Assembly: GCA_036785375.1 (NCBI GenBank)
Contig: JAWMAR010000104.1
Span: forward strand, 3,782,001-3,846,000
Length of the DNA: 64,000 nucleotides
Direction: 5' to 3'
Origin: Leucoraja ocellata
Taxonomy: Eukaryota
How positions within the stretch are numbered: position 1 is the stretch's first letter; every line of letters starts with the position of its first letter. The position numbers and the translations under genes are program-made. Shown here in pieces: positions 26,449 through 38,347 of this stretch. Under the pieces are notes generated by a model, which was not told where the DNA came from, did no database searches, and worked only from the letters and a program-made list of their open reading frames with translations.

Positions 26449-29250
26449 AAAAGGTGCGACCTGTACAGAAAGGACGGGGTGCACTTGAACTCAAGGGGGA
26501 CCAATATCCTGGCGGGGAGATTTGCAAAGGCTACTGGGGAGACTTTAAACTAATATGGTTGGGGGGTAGGGACTCAAATTGGGAAAGTTAGCAGTCACTG
26601 TGTGAAGCAGGGGGCAGAGAATGGTAGCACTCTGACCCAAAATGTAGGGGAGAGAGAAGAAAAAGAAATTAATCAGAGAATAAGAGAGGGTGGGTTTCTT
26701 AAATGTGTATATTTTAATGCTAGGGGCATTGTAAGAAAAGTGGATGAACTTAGAGCCTGGATTGACACCTGGAAGTATGATGTTGTGATGATCAGTGAAA
26801 CATGGTTGCAGGAGGGCTGTGATTGGAAACTAAATATTCCAGGATTTCGTTGCTTCAGGTGTGATAGAATTGGAGGGGCAAGAGGGTGGAGGTGTTGCAT
26901 TGCTTATCAGGGAAGATATTACAGCAGTGCTTTGGAAGGATAGATTAGAGGGCTCGTCTAGGGAGGCTATTTGGGTGGAACTGAGAAATGGGAAAGGGGT
27001 AGCAACACATAGGGATGTATTATAGACCGCCAAATGGGGAGCGAGGATTGGAAGAGCAAATATGTAAGGAGATTGCAGATATTAGTAGTAAGCACAAGGT
27101 AGTGATTGTGGGAGATTTCAATTTTCCACACATAGACTGGGAAACACATTCTGTAAATGGGTTGGATGGGTTGGAGTTTGTAAAATGTGTGCAGGATAGT
27201 TTTTTGCAACAATACATAGAAGTACCTACTAGAGAAGGGGCGCTACTGGACCTCCTGTTAGGAAATGAGATGGGTCAGGTGGCAGAGGTATGCGTTGGGG
27301 AACAGTTCGGGTCCAGTGATCACAATACCATTAGTTTCAATATAATTATGGAGAGGGACAAAACTGGACCTAGGGTTGAGATTTTTGATTGGAGAAAGGC
27401 TAACTTTGAGTAGATGCGAAAGGATTTAAAAGGAGTAAATTGGGACCGTTAGCAAAAGGATAACGAGGGATAAAATTGGTCCATTAGAGAGTCAGAGTGG
27501 ACAACTATCTGCAGAGCCAAAAGAGATGGGGGAGATATTGAACAGTTTATTTTCTTCGGTATTCACCAAGGAGAAGGATATTGAATCATGTGAGGTAAGG
27601 GAAACAAGTAGAGTAGCTATGGAAACTATGAGGATCAAAGAAGAGGAAGTACTGACACTTTTGAGAAATATAAAAGTGGATAAGTCTCCAGGTCCGGACA
27701 GGATATTCCCTAGGACATTGAGGGAAGTTAGGCAGGGGCTATGGCAGAAATATTTCAAATGTCATTAGAAACGGGAATAGTGCCGGAGGATTGGCGTACT
27801 GCGCATGTTGTTCCATTGTTTAAAAAGGGGTCTAAGAGTAAACCTAGCAATTATAGACCTGTTAGTTTGACGTCAGTGGTGGGAAAATTAATGGAAAGAA
27901 TACTTAGAAATTATATATATAAGCATCTGGATAAACAGGGTCCGATTAGGAACAGTCAACATGAATTTGTGCCTGGAAGGTCATGTTTAACTAATCTTCT
28001 TGAATTTTTTGAAGATGTTACTCGGGAAATTGATGAGGGCAAAGCAGTGGATGTTGTGTATATGGACTGCAGTAAGGCCTTTGACAAGGTTCCTCATGGA
28101 AGGTTGGTTAAGAAGGTTCAATGGTTGGGTATTAATGGTGGAGTAGCAAGATGGATTCAACAGTGGCTGAATGGGAGATGACAGAAAGTAATGGTGGATG
28201 GTTGTTTGTCAGGTTGGAGGCCAGTGACGAGTGGGGTGCCACAGGGATCTGTGTTGGGTCCACTGTTGTTTGTCATGTACATCAATGATCTGGATGATGG
28301 TGTGGTAAATTGGATTAGTAAGTACGCAGATGATACCAAGATAGGTGGGGTTGCGGGTAATAAAGTAGAGTTTCAAAGTCTACAGACAGATTTATGCCAG
28401 TTGGAAGAGTGGGCTGAAAGATGGCAGATGGAGTTTAATGCTGATAAGTGTGAGGTGCTACATCTTGGCAGGACAAATCAAAATAGGACGTACATGGTAA
28501 ATGGTAGGGAATTGAAGAATGTAGGTGAACAGAGGGATCTGGGAATAACTGTGCACAGTTCCCTGAAAGTGGAATCTCATGTAGATAGGGTGGTAAAGAA
28601 AGCTTTTGGTGTGCTGGCCTTTATAAATCAGAGCATTGAGTATAGAAGTTGGGATGTAATGTTAAAATTGTACAAGGCATTGGTGAGGCCAATTCTGGAG
28701 TATGGTGTACAATTTTGGTCGCCTAATTATAGGAAGGATGTCAACAAAATAGAGAGAGTACAGAGGAGATTTACTAGAATGTTGCCTGGGTTTCAGCAAC
28801 TAAGTTACAGAGAAAGGTTGAACAAGTTAGGGCTTTATTCTTTGGAGCGCAGAAGGTTAAGGGGGGACTTGATAGAGGTTTTTAAAATGATGAGAGGGAT
28901 AGACAGAGTTGACGTGGAAAAGCTTTTCCCACTGAGAGTAGGGAAGATTCAAACAAGGGGACATGACTTGAGAATTAAGAGACTGAAGTTTAGGGGTAAC
29001 ATGAAGGGGAACTTCTTTACTCAGAGAGTGGCAGCTGTGTGCAATGAGCTTCCAGTGAAGGTGGTGGAGGCAGGTTCGTTTTTATCATTTAAAAATAAAT
29101 TGGATAGTTATATGGATGGGAAGGGAATGGAGGGTTATGGTCTGAGCGCAGGTATATGGGACTAGGGGAGATTATGTGTTCGGCACGGACTAGAAGGGTC
29201 GAGATGGCCTGTTTCCGTGCTGTAATTGTTATATGGTTTTTATATGGTTA
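26449..29250 (+). mobile_element. CR1-clade LINE, 2.8 kb: end of ORF1 esterase, ORF2 APE + RT, internally deleted and disrupted
   Basis: DLYRKDGVHLNSRG (SGNH-like ORF1 end); YFNARG..SETWL, GDFN, SDH (APE); GVPQGSVLGP, YADD (RT); TATATGGT tail; TAAGCCA TSD at 26442-26448 and 29251-29257; empty site at 20158-20164; stops at 27411 and 28179. Confidence 0.96.
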
Positions 29251-29457
29251 TAAGCCAGGTCCCAGAAAATGGTGATGCGAGGAGGTAGCACTTCACACAT
29301 AACACAACTGGTAGGCACCAGCTATCCCCAGCAACATATATGGTAACTACTCCCACTCTAATGATATCGCACTATCATTGTTGAATTCGCATCACAATAA
29401 CATGGTTTCACCGTATATTGGGAACTGGTGACTTAGCTAAACTAACTTTCTGGTTAT

Positions 29458-30152
29458 GACAATAGACAATCGACAATAGGTGCACGAGCAGGCCATTTGG
29501 CCCTTTAAGCCAGCACCACCATTCAATGTGATCATGGCTGATCATCCCCAATCAGTACCCCGTTCCTGCCTTCTCCCCATATCCCCTGACTCCGCTATTT
29601 TTAAGAACCCTATCTAGCTCTCTCTTGAAAGCATCCAGAGAACCTGCCTCCACCAGATAATTCCACAGACTCACCACTCTCTGTGAGAAAAAGTGTTTCA
29701 TCGTCTCCGTTCTAAATGGCTTACTCCTTATTCTTAAACTGTGGCCCCTGGTTCTGGACTCCCCAACATCGGGACATGTTTCCTGCCTCTAGCGTGTCCA
29801 AACCCTTAACAATATTATATGTTTGAATAAGATACCCTCTCATCCTTCTAAACTCCAGAGTGCTCAAGCCCAGCTGCTCCGTTCTCTAAGCATATGACAG
29901 TCCCGCCATCCCGGCAATTAACCTTGTAAACCTACGCTGCACTCCCTCAATAACAAGAATGTCCTTCGTAACAATTGGGGGACCAAAACTACACACAATA
30001 CTCCAGGTGTGGTCTCACTAGGTCTCTGTACAACTGCAGAAGGACCTCTTTGCTCCTATATTCGATTCCTCTTGTTATAAAGGCCAACATGCCATTCGCG
30101 TTTTTCACTGCCTGCTGTACCTGCATGCTTACTTTCATAAACTGACGTACAA
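29458..30152 (-). mobile_element. CR1-clade LINE 3' fragment, duplicated copy of 20365-21059
   Basis: Same junctions and same internal deletion as the first copy. Confidence 0.9.
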
Positions 30153-30582
30153 GACATCAGTCGTCTTGTTTTGAAGTGAGGATAAGGTTCCCTGCTCTTC
30201 TGCAACTTAGAAATGGCAAAACAGTATTTTGATTCAGATATTTTCCAAATGCCTGGATTTGTAACTGCGACAATACATGGAATGCTGAACACGAGTCATG
30301 GTAAAACTTTTAACTTGATTATAGATGCCTTAAATGCCTTTCAGATTTCATTTAGACCACCACAGAATGCACTGGATAACCAACTGACGCTTCTTTGTAA
30401 TCTTAATCAAATCTGGCCAACCATGAAATGCATACTGCATAAGCAAATAACTAGAAAATCATTTTCCTTATTAATCCATGTCTCCTTATTTATCAGAAAC
30501 ATTTGAACAGGCCACATACATATGTTGGCTGCAACTGTAGGCCACGTGCGTTTATTTGGGCTTTGGGGGCACTCCATAGACC

Positions 30583-30808
30583 TTCAAAAGGGTTCAAAAA
30601 AAGTTCAAAAGTTTATCTTATTAGTCACATACACCTAGGTGCAGTGAAATGCTTCTTGCCAATGCAGCACATAAAGAAAGAATAGAAACATAACAATAAT
30701 AAAGAAATTTAAACATAAAAACATCCCCCCCACAATGGCTCCCACTGTGGGGGAAGGCACAATGTCCAGTCCCCATCCCCAGTTTACCCATAGTCGGGCC
30801 TATTGAGG
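30583..30808 (-). repeat. Unclassified repeat, duplicated copy of 21489-21713
   Basis: Near-identical sequence and junctions. Confidence 0.55.
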
Positions 30809-31243
30809 TGTGTAATACTGTCCATTTGTCTGCATAGGTGACCCAAAGATCTCTCGGAAAGTAAAATACCATCCAGAACTATGTTTACAGAATAATTACA
30901 ATTACAAGAAGTCCTTTAGAAATCCATACTGTCTGCAATAGAATACACTGCTTTAAACCACTGACATTTCTTCAGAGTTATTTACAAAGTACCACTTTCT
31001 CCTTCTAAAAGCACAGCAGTAGCCGAGCATTGTAATGCCCGTCACATCATTAAGCTTGATTACACCTATGTCCCTTGATATCAACCAAGCCAAATCACCT
31101 GAATCACTCCAATAGATTAAGCGAAGCATATTTTTACCATTCGAACATAATGGGACATATGAGCCCCTCGGCACAACCTGTAATTAAGATGCAATGTCCA
31201 GACTTAACAAACAATTTGTATTTTTTTATTTGAAATAACTCAC

Positions 31244-33691
31244 CTCGTTATTCACACTGCAGTTAGACTTTTCAGAACATATCATTCCTGGGTTCTCTTT
31301 CCCAATTGGTTTGTTCTGGATATATTCTATTGCTGTAGATAGCCCACGGGTTTGCGGCGTCCTGAAGTCTCTCTTCACGGACTGCAATGTTGAACAAGAC
31401 TCGTAACGGTAACTCTGCGAAAGCGGATCACCCCCGAATACCTCAACGTAGTTCGGTGGTATTTGAAGACTTCTGCTGGCCTTTTGAATCCCATTAAGAG
31501 AGCTCCTTGATTCCAAACAACAGCAGACGGTCAGATAATTATATTGGTGTCCTACATCGTTTCTGTTTTTATGAACCTTAACAGCAAGGATAATTAAAAT
31601 CACGAGGAAAATTATAGATGTCGTCCCTAAGGCTATGACCAAGGAAAGGTTCAAATCTGGAGTGAACACGTGATCTTTAGATAGACTGGTGGCACTGGCT
31701 ATCGTGTCGCTTCCTTTCACAGACAGTACAATGGTCACTGTGGCTGAAAGTGACGGGATTCCATTATCGTTTACAACAATCACCAGCCTTTGTTTAGATC
31801 CATCCTTAGTCTCAATGCCGCGGATGGTCCAAATTTCCCCAGTGTCCTCTGAAATAGTAAAAAGATTACGGTGGGTGGCCTGAAATACGTGGTAAGTCAG
31901 ACGGGCATTGTGACCGGAGTCGGCGTCAATAGCGGATACCTTGGCAACTAGGTATCCTGGTTCTGCAAACCTGGATATTGTCTCCATTACAGTTGACCCA
32001 TATTCGGGCAAAGGATTCACGATCACTGGAGCGTTATCGTTCTGATCGAGGATAACAACGTCCACTGTAACGTTACTGGAGAGAGGTGGGACTCCAGAAT
32101 CCCGCACCAATACATGGATTTGGAAATGTTTCAATTGTTCGTAGTCAAACGATTTATGCGCACAAATGACACCACTCTGTGAGTTAATGGAGACATACGA
32201 AGCCACGACTGAATTCAGGATAGTAAAGTTTAATCGGGCGTTTTGTCCCGTGTCTGGATCATGGGCTGTGAGGGAGAAGATGGAATCCCCAATAACGTTA
32301 TTCTCCATGACATTTGCCGTGTATGCAGCCTGCGTAAACCTCGGTGCGTTATCGTTTACATCTGAAACATCTACACGGATATTTTTCTTGGATGTGAGGG
32401 GTGGCTCCCCTGCATCCGTGCATGTCACAGTGATGTCATACCTGGGGGTAGTTTCACGATCCAGCCTGTGTTGTACAAGCAGTTTCCAATTATTCTTCAT
32501 GGAGGATTCCATCTTAAAGGGTAAGTTATTCGGAATTTGACATGTTACTTGTCCGTTCTGTCCAGAATCCTTATCTTCTGCTCTGAGAAGAGCGACAATG
32601 GTTCCGTTTGGTGAATTTTCTGCCACTGCGCTGGGTATAGATTTCAATGACACTTCAGGGGCATTGTCATTCACATCGATAACATTAAGCAATATATCAC
32701 AGTGTTGAGGTATTGCATAAGGACCGTTGTCGATTGCTTGTACATTAATCACAAATGTTTTACTTTGTTCAAAATCTAAATGTCCTTTCAGTCTGATTTC
32801 ACCAGTTTGAGAATTCATGGCAACTAATTCACGAACGTCAGCAGTGTTATGGCTGCTGAGAGTATATGTTATCTCTCCATTAGGGCCATCGTCCAAATCA
32901 GTAGCGTTTAATTTAATAACCAGACTTCCCGCGGGAGCCGATTCCACCATACTGACACTATAAACCGCTTGTGAGAAAACAGGGAGATTGTCGTTCGCAT
33001 CCTTCACTCTGATAGTTACCTGAACCTCTCCCGATCTTACAGGGAGCCCGCCGTCTTCAGCAAGCAGCGTTACCTCATGGGTCGATGTCGTTTCTCTATC
33101 CAGTGTCCTCCGCAGCACTAACATTGGTAAATTTCCTATCCTGCCACGTTCTTGTACATCAAGAATGAAATACTCATTAGGGAGGAGCTGATAAGTCTGC
33201 ACGGAGTTCGTCCCAATGTCCGGATCGTGAGCGGGCTCGAGGGGGAATCGCGCTCCCGGTGCCATACTCTCGGAAATTTCAAGGCGGATCTGGCTTTTTG
33301 GAAAACTGGGAGCGTTGTCATTTACATCGAGTATCTCCACTTCCACCTGGTGAAGAGTGTGGGGATTTTCAAGCACGACGTTCAAGGGTAAAATGCATTC
33401 GGTCCTCGGCCCGCAAAATTGTTCCCTGTCGATTCTTTCAAACACGAATAAAATCCCTTTTGCCAAATTTACGTCAACATACCGCTTCCTTGGGCTGGGC
33501 TCCACCCGCAAACTGCGAGCCGAGAGCTGCTTTAAATCTAACCCCAAATCAATTGCGATATTCCCAACAAAGGCACCCAGTTGCAATTCCTCGGGAACGG
33601 AATATCGTATCTGTCCAGAAATAAAATCCATGGGGCAGACAAAGCAGCACAATAGTTGGTATTTGAGCAGCCAATATATATTATCTCTCAT
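31244..33691 (-). CDS. Clustered protocadherin variable exon V5 (type A), 816 codons; read-through ORF ends at 31226
   Basis: Full architecture; donor GAG|GTGAGT at 31243-31238. Confidence 0.96.
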
Positions 33692-33867
33692 TTCCAGTAG
33701 AAATCATTCCAATGGTTTCAACCCGAGACAATGCCTTCCAACAGCGATTTGATTTGAATTAGACAAATACGTCACAGAAAATATCTCTACCTCTTTTCCG
33801 AATTCTTCCAATATTTTCATTTAACCGTTCTGATTTTATATCAAGTTCGAAATGATTCGAGCAGAAA

Positions 33868-34035
33868 CCGTCCGGAGCTGCTGCCTATCCAGTGTTCACG
33901 GCGTCTGGTCGGACGCGATGGCGGCTGGGTATTGTAAGGGGCTGTGCAGATCACCAGTCGCCTCCGACCTCCTGATTGGTGGATAATGTAGCAGTCATAT
34001 CCGACCAATTACAATTCAGCTCATTTCTTAAAGCA
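33868..34035 (-). promoter_or_regulatory. Promoter module of V5
   Basis: Same motif order; identical by eye to V2 promoter core. Confidence 0.8.
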
Positions 34036-37000
34036 GGAACAGCTTAATTTGGCGGAGACTTGTTATATGTATTGCTGCGCAATTGGAATTGCTTTTAGCA
34101 TTTTCAATGCTCTCACTCACAGTGGAAAGTATCCCCCAGAACCGAATGTTCATGAAATACAATACATTGAATATCTTAAACATGAAATATGGAAAAAAAA
34201 ATGATTACATGAATGTGATCAGAAGAAAGAAATTAACTCACCTTGCTGAGAGTCTAATTTTGTGTATCCTTCATCATGGTTTTACAATCGCGACCACTTC
34301 TTAATTACTACTGATAGAACGTTGTCTTTGTGCTTTTGACTAGAACAAGAACAAATAATTGATGCAGGGTTTTGACCCACGACCCATTGAGTTCAATCAG
34401 CGGATAGTTTGTTGTTCCATATTACAGCATCTGCAGTCTTCTGTTTCTTTAAATCCAAAAAGAGATCCCTAAAGAGATGCTGCTCGACCCGCTGAGTTCA
34501 AACAGCAGACTGTTTGTTGCTCCAGATTCCACCATTTGCAGTCTTCTGTGTCTTCAAAACTTACAACAAAGATTCACCGAAGCGAATGTCCTATTTGTTC
34601 ATCTTTGTCAAACAAACCTGTGAACAGTACCTTCGTTTCTGAATTTTTTTTATGTTGGCTGGTGGCTGCAATAAATAACAGAGTCATTTATATTTTTTTA
34701 ATAGTTTTTTATATATTTTAAGGGCTGCACGTAAGCGCTCTCTGTCGCCTTTCTAAAGAAAAAAACAAACGTAGCTGCCTTTGCTTAAAAGGCAAACCAT
34801 GTAACTGCTATCGTGTCTGCAGTTAACATCTCCTTCGTCCTGAGATGAGATGAAATCTACAAGCAATACCCTGAACAAGCCATAGAAGTAATTTATACTT
34901 TGCAACTGCCCAAGTTCTAAAGCAAATATTTCCCTAGGTATCTGGTTTCATTTTTGCTAAATGTTTAAAATTGACTAGTGATCACTAGTCAACCACTTCA
35001 CTGATCCTTAGTACCAATCTTGGAAATCCATACCCAGTCGTCAGCAGAAGGACTGCACTGGTTCACCAAGGCGTCTCAGCACCAATTTTTCAAGGACAAT
35101 TAGAGATGGTTAGAACACTGGCCGTGCCTAAAACATCTGCATCCAAGATACAAAACATGATAAAATTAATAGTGAAAACTACTGGTTCTAAATTCACAGC
35201 ATCACGGCAGTAATGCATCAGAACGCTATAGATTTTCCAAAGTCAGACACATGTTACGTGCGGGAAGGTTTGCTGATGCCCACGCAATATCGATTAGTAT
35301 CAATATTGATTGGATACCGAAGCGGTTTGTAACCATATGGACAAAGTCCTCGAGTCCTACAGTGCAGAAGCATAGCCTTCAACCCAACTCGTCCATGCCG
35401 ATCATGGTGCCCTGTCAAAGCCAGTTCATAGGCAATGGTGATGCGTTGAGGTAGCGCTTCACGCATTAGACAATTGGTAGAAATCAGCTATTCCCAGTTA
35501 AATGTATGATAACTACTGCTATTCAAATTACATCACACAGCCATTATTGAATTAATATCCTATTGACATGGTTTCACTATATATTGGAAACTGCGAAATT
35601 AGCTACATACATGATTTGGTTATGACAGGATACCAGTCATTGTGTTTCCAGGTGATGATGAGGTTCCCTAGTCTCCTGCCACTTAGAAATTCCAAGCAGT
35701 ACTTTGATTCGGATATTTTCCAAATGCCTCGATATGCAACTGCAACAATAGAGGGAATGCATAACATCATTCATGGCGAGGCTTTCAACTTAATCACCAG
35801 TATATAAAATGATCAAAATGTTCGTGCAGACCACCACAGAACACACTGGCTATCGCACCGATTCTTCTTTATAATCTCACTCAAATCTGATCAACCAAGA
35901 AATGCATGTACATAAGGAAATAACATCACAAAAAAACGATCCCTTATTAACCTACGTCTCCTTATCAGTCAGAAACATTTTGGACTGGCCCCGTACATAC
36001 TTTGCTGCAACTACACATCGCATGCGTTTCCATTTGCATCCCATATACGTCCCACAGCTGAGAAGGAGGTAATCAGAGCTTCGGGGGGAAACTGTCTATT
36101 TGGCTGGATGGGTAACAACAATAACTCCCAGAAAGTACAATATTCTCCAGAACTAAGCTTACAGATTAATTCACATTACACAAACTACGTTTAATATTCA
36201 TACAATATGCTATGGAATGTACTACTATCAATCACTGGTATTTCTTCAGAAACATTTCCTAAGCCCCACTTTCTGATTCCTAAGATGTAACAGCAACAGC
36301 GCATTGACAGCACCACATAACTTGTCACATCATCAAGCGTGAATATACCATTGCCCTTTGATATTAACCCAGTCTAAACCCTTGAACTCACTCCGATACA
36401 TTAAGGTAAGTGTGCAGTTATCATTCGATTCTGGCGGGGCCGGAGAGCCTGTACAACATGCAATTAAGTAATTATCGATTGGCACCATCAAAAAAACGTT
36501 GCTCAATAAGGGTGAAATCAAATCAAGTTTCTCAATTTGGCATAATCTCAAACTAAGGTTTTTTTTTCTGGATACTTAAGTGTTACATTGATAGTAGACT
36601 GGAAGTGAATGTTGCAAAAGGCAAGTGTTCTGATCTTATATGTTTATTTACATAACTTCTCCAAATGAGCATATATACGCTTAGGATGGAGACGACTCCA
36701 CGCAATTCAACGTACCTCAACGCCACTCCAGTCAAAATGTCCTTGCATTTTGACACTCCAGTGGAACATTCCATTGCAGTTTCCAATAAAGGTCTGTATT
36801 ACTGCTAAAACAGGCATATTGTTATATTGCTATAACAGGCATATTGTTATATTGCAGCCAATCTGTGCATAGGCAGTTCCACAACACTATTGTAGTTTGG
36901 AGACATTTAATCTTTTATTTTAAAATTCAATTCTGAAAATACTGCTGAGTATATTCACCATAAAAGTCTTCTCTGTTTTTTTCCCTCGAAATAATGCAAA

Positions 37001-37782
37001 CGCTCTACTTCCAGAGAAGACGCAATTCTCCAAGCACAATCTGTTCTAAAAGACAATATCCTCGAATGTACAAAACTCCTCAAATCGTGCAATAACACAT
37101 GCCAATATACTTTTGTTGTGCACGTTTTCCGAGAACGAGTTTTAAACCATGTAAAAGGGAGTCCAGGGAATCTTGCGCACTCTCGGCATGGACAGCCGTT
37201 TGTGTCGAGCGTTTTAATCTTTTGGGAGTGTTGTGACCTGTGATGGGTATGTGGGAGCAAAGGACATGTAAGTAGTTGAACGACAATCGAGAGGCTTTAT
37301 GCGAGATAAATGTTTACGCTGCCTTCAGTGACGTATGGAGAAGTATAAACGGAGGCAAATAAATGCACGTGGTTAGAGGGTGGGGGAGGGGGGGGGGGGT
37401 AGTGGAGGTTAAAGCTGGAATGGTGAGATACAGAATAAACTTGAAACAAGTGTCGGACAGAAATACTCAGCAAATTCATCAGCATATGTGGAGACAGACG
37501 TATCAAATTGTTGTTACAGGTAAATCTCCACATATCAAAAATAGGTCAGTTTTAATATGAAAGGGAACAGATAGCTGTGTGAAATAGTTGAATTCCTTGT
37601 TGAAATCCGGTGGACTGGGACGTGCCTGGGTGGGAGCTGAGATGCTGCGTCTCAACTGTATGCCAAGTTGCATTGGAAGAGTTTAGAGATCGCTTCAAAG
37701 TGGGAGTGGAATGCAGATTTCAAACGAACAGCGAATGGACGCTCAGGGTACACCAAGGAAGCGCACGGCAGAATTGCCGTAT

Positions 37783-37904
37783 GGGAATTAGGCCATTCGG
37801 CCCATCAAGTCTACTCCGCCATTTAACCATGGATGCTCTATCTCTCCCTCCTAACCCAATTCCCACGCCTTCTCCTCATGACATCTGACACCCTTACTAA
37901 TCAA
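37783..37904 (-). mobile_element. Short CR1-type 3' end fragment
   Basis: GGAATTAGGCCATTCGGCCCATC...GCCTTCTCC resembles the other CR1 3' ends in the window. Confidence 0.65.
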
Positions 37905-38347
37905 TTGTGCACTCAATCTACGAGTATATTCCTCGCGGAAGAGGACACCACATCGTGAGCGCAGAAGGCACTGCATTAGGTTGGAAGAATTGTAACTGCA
38001 TTCTCACCTCTGCTTAAAGGTCTGTTTGGGCTTCAAAACTAATGTATTACCTATTGAACGAGAAATGCGTGTATTAGAAATTAAAAAAAAATAAAATGCC
38101 TCTCAAATGACTTCGAGAACACTGATTAAAACCTGTTTGTTAATATATTAAAATTTGATATAATTCGTCTGAGATATCACCACGAGGGAAAAAACATAGA
38201 CTTGAAATAGAATTAGGACAGCAAACAAACATTTTGATTTAAGCTCAATTTTTTCCCTGCATATGTTAAATGCTTCGTTTTACCAAATAACTTCTACTTT
38301 GAAACAAAACTCGCAAAAGTTTCCTTCTCGGTTTAACATTGTCTCAC

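Larger units (their letters stand above)
16933..32581. repeat. Tandem segmental duplication: 16933-23487 versus 23456-32581
   Basis: Spacers 18075-22149 and 24598-31243 are colinear and nearly identical, sharing three TE insertions; second copy has an extra 2.8-kb CR1 and a 258-bp deletion. Confidence 0.9.

Noticed and set aside
26602-29165. RT/endonuclease ORFs as an active or domesticated diversifying system for the Pcdh exons
   Set aside because: Ordinary disrupted CR1 with TSD and an empty paralogous site; no template/variable repeat relationship to the exons
18075-31243. Duplicated spacer as a false haplotype duplication
   Set aside because: Copies differ by a TSD-bounded 2.8-kb insertion, a 258-bp deletion and scattered substitutions, and flank clearly different exons; reads would settle it
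36809-36855. 25-bp tandem duplication AACAGGCATATTGTTATATTGC
   Set aside because: Isolated slippage event with no functional signature
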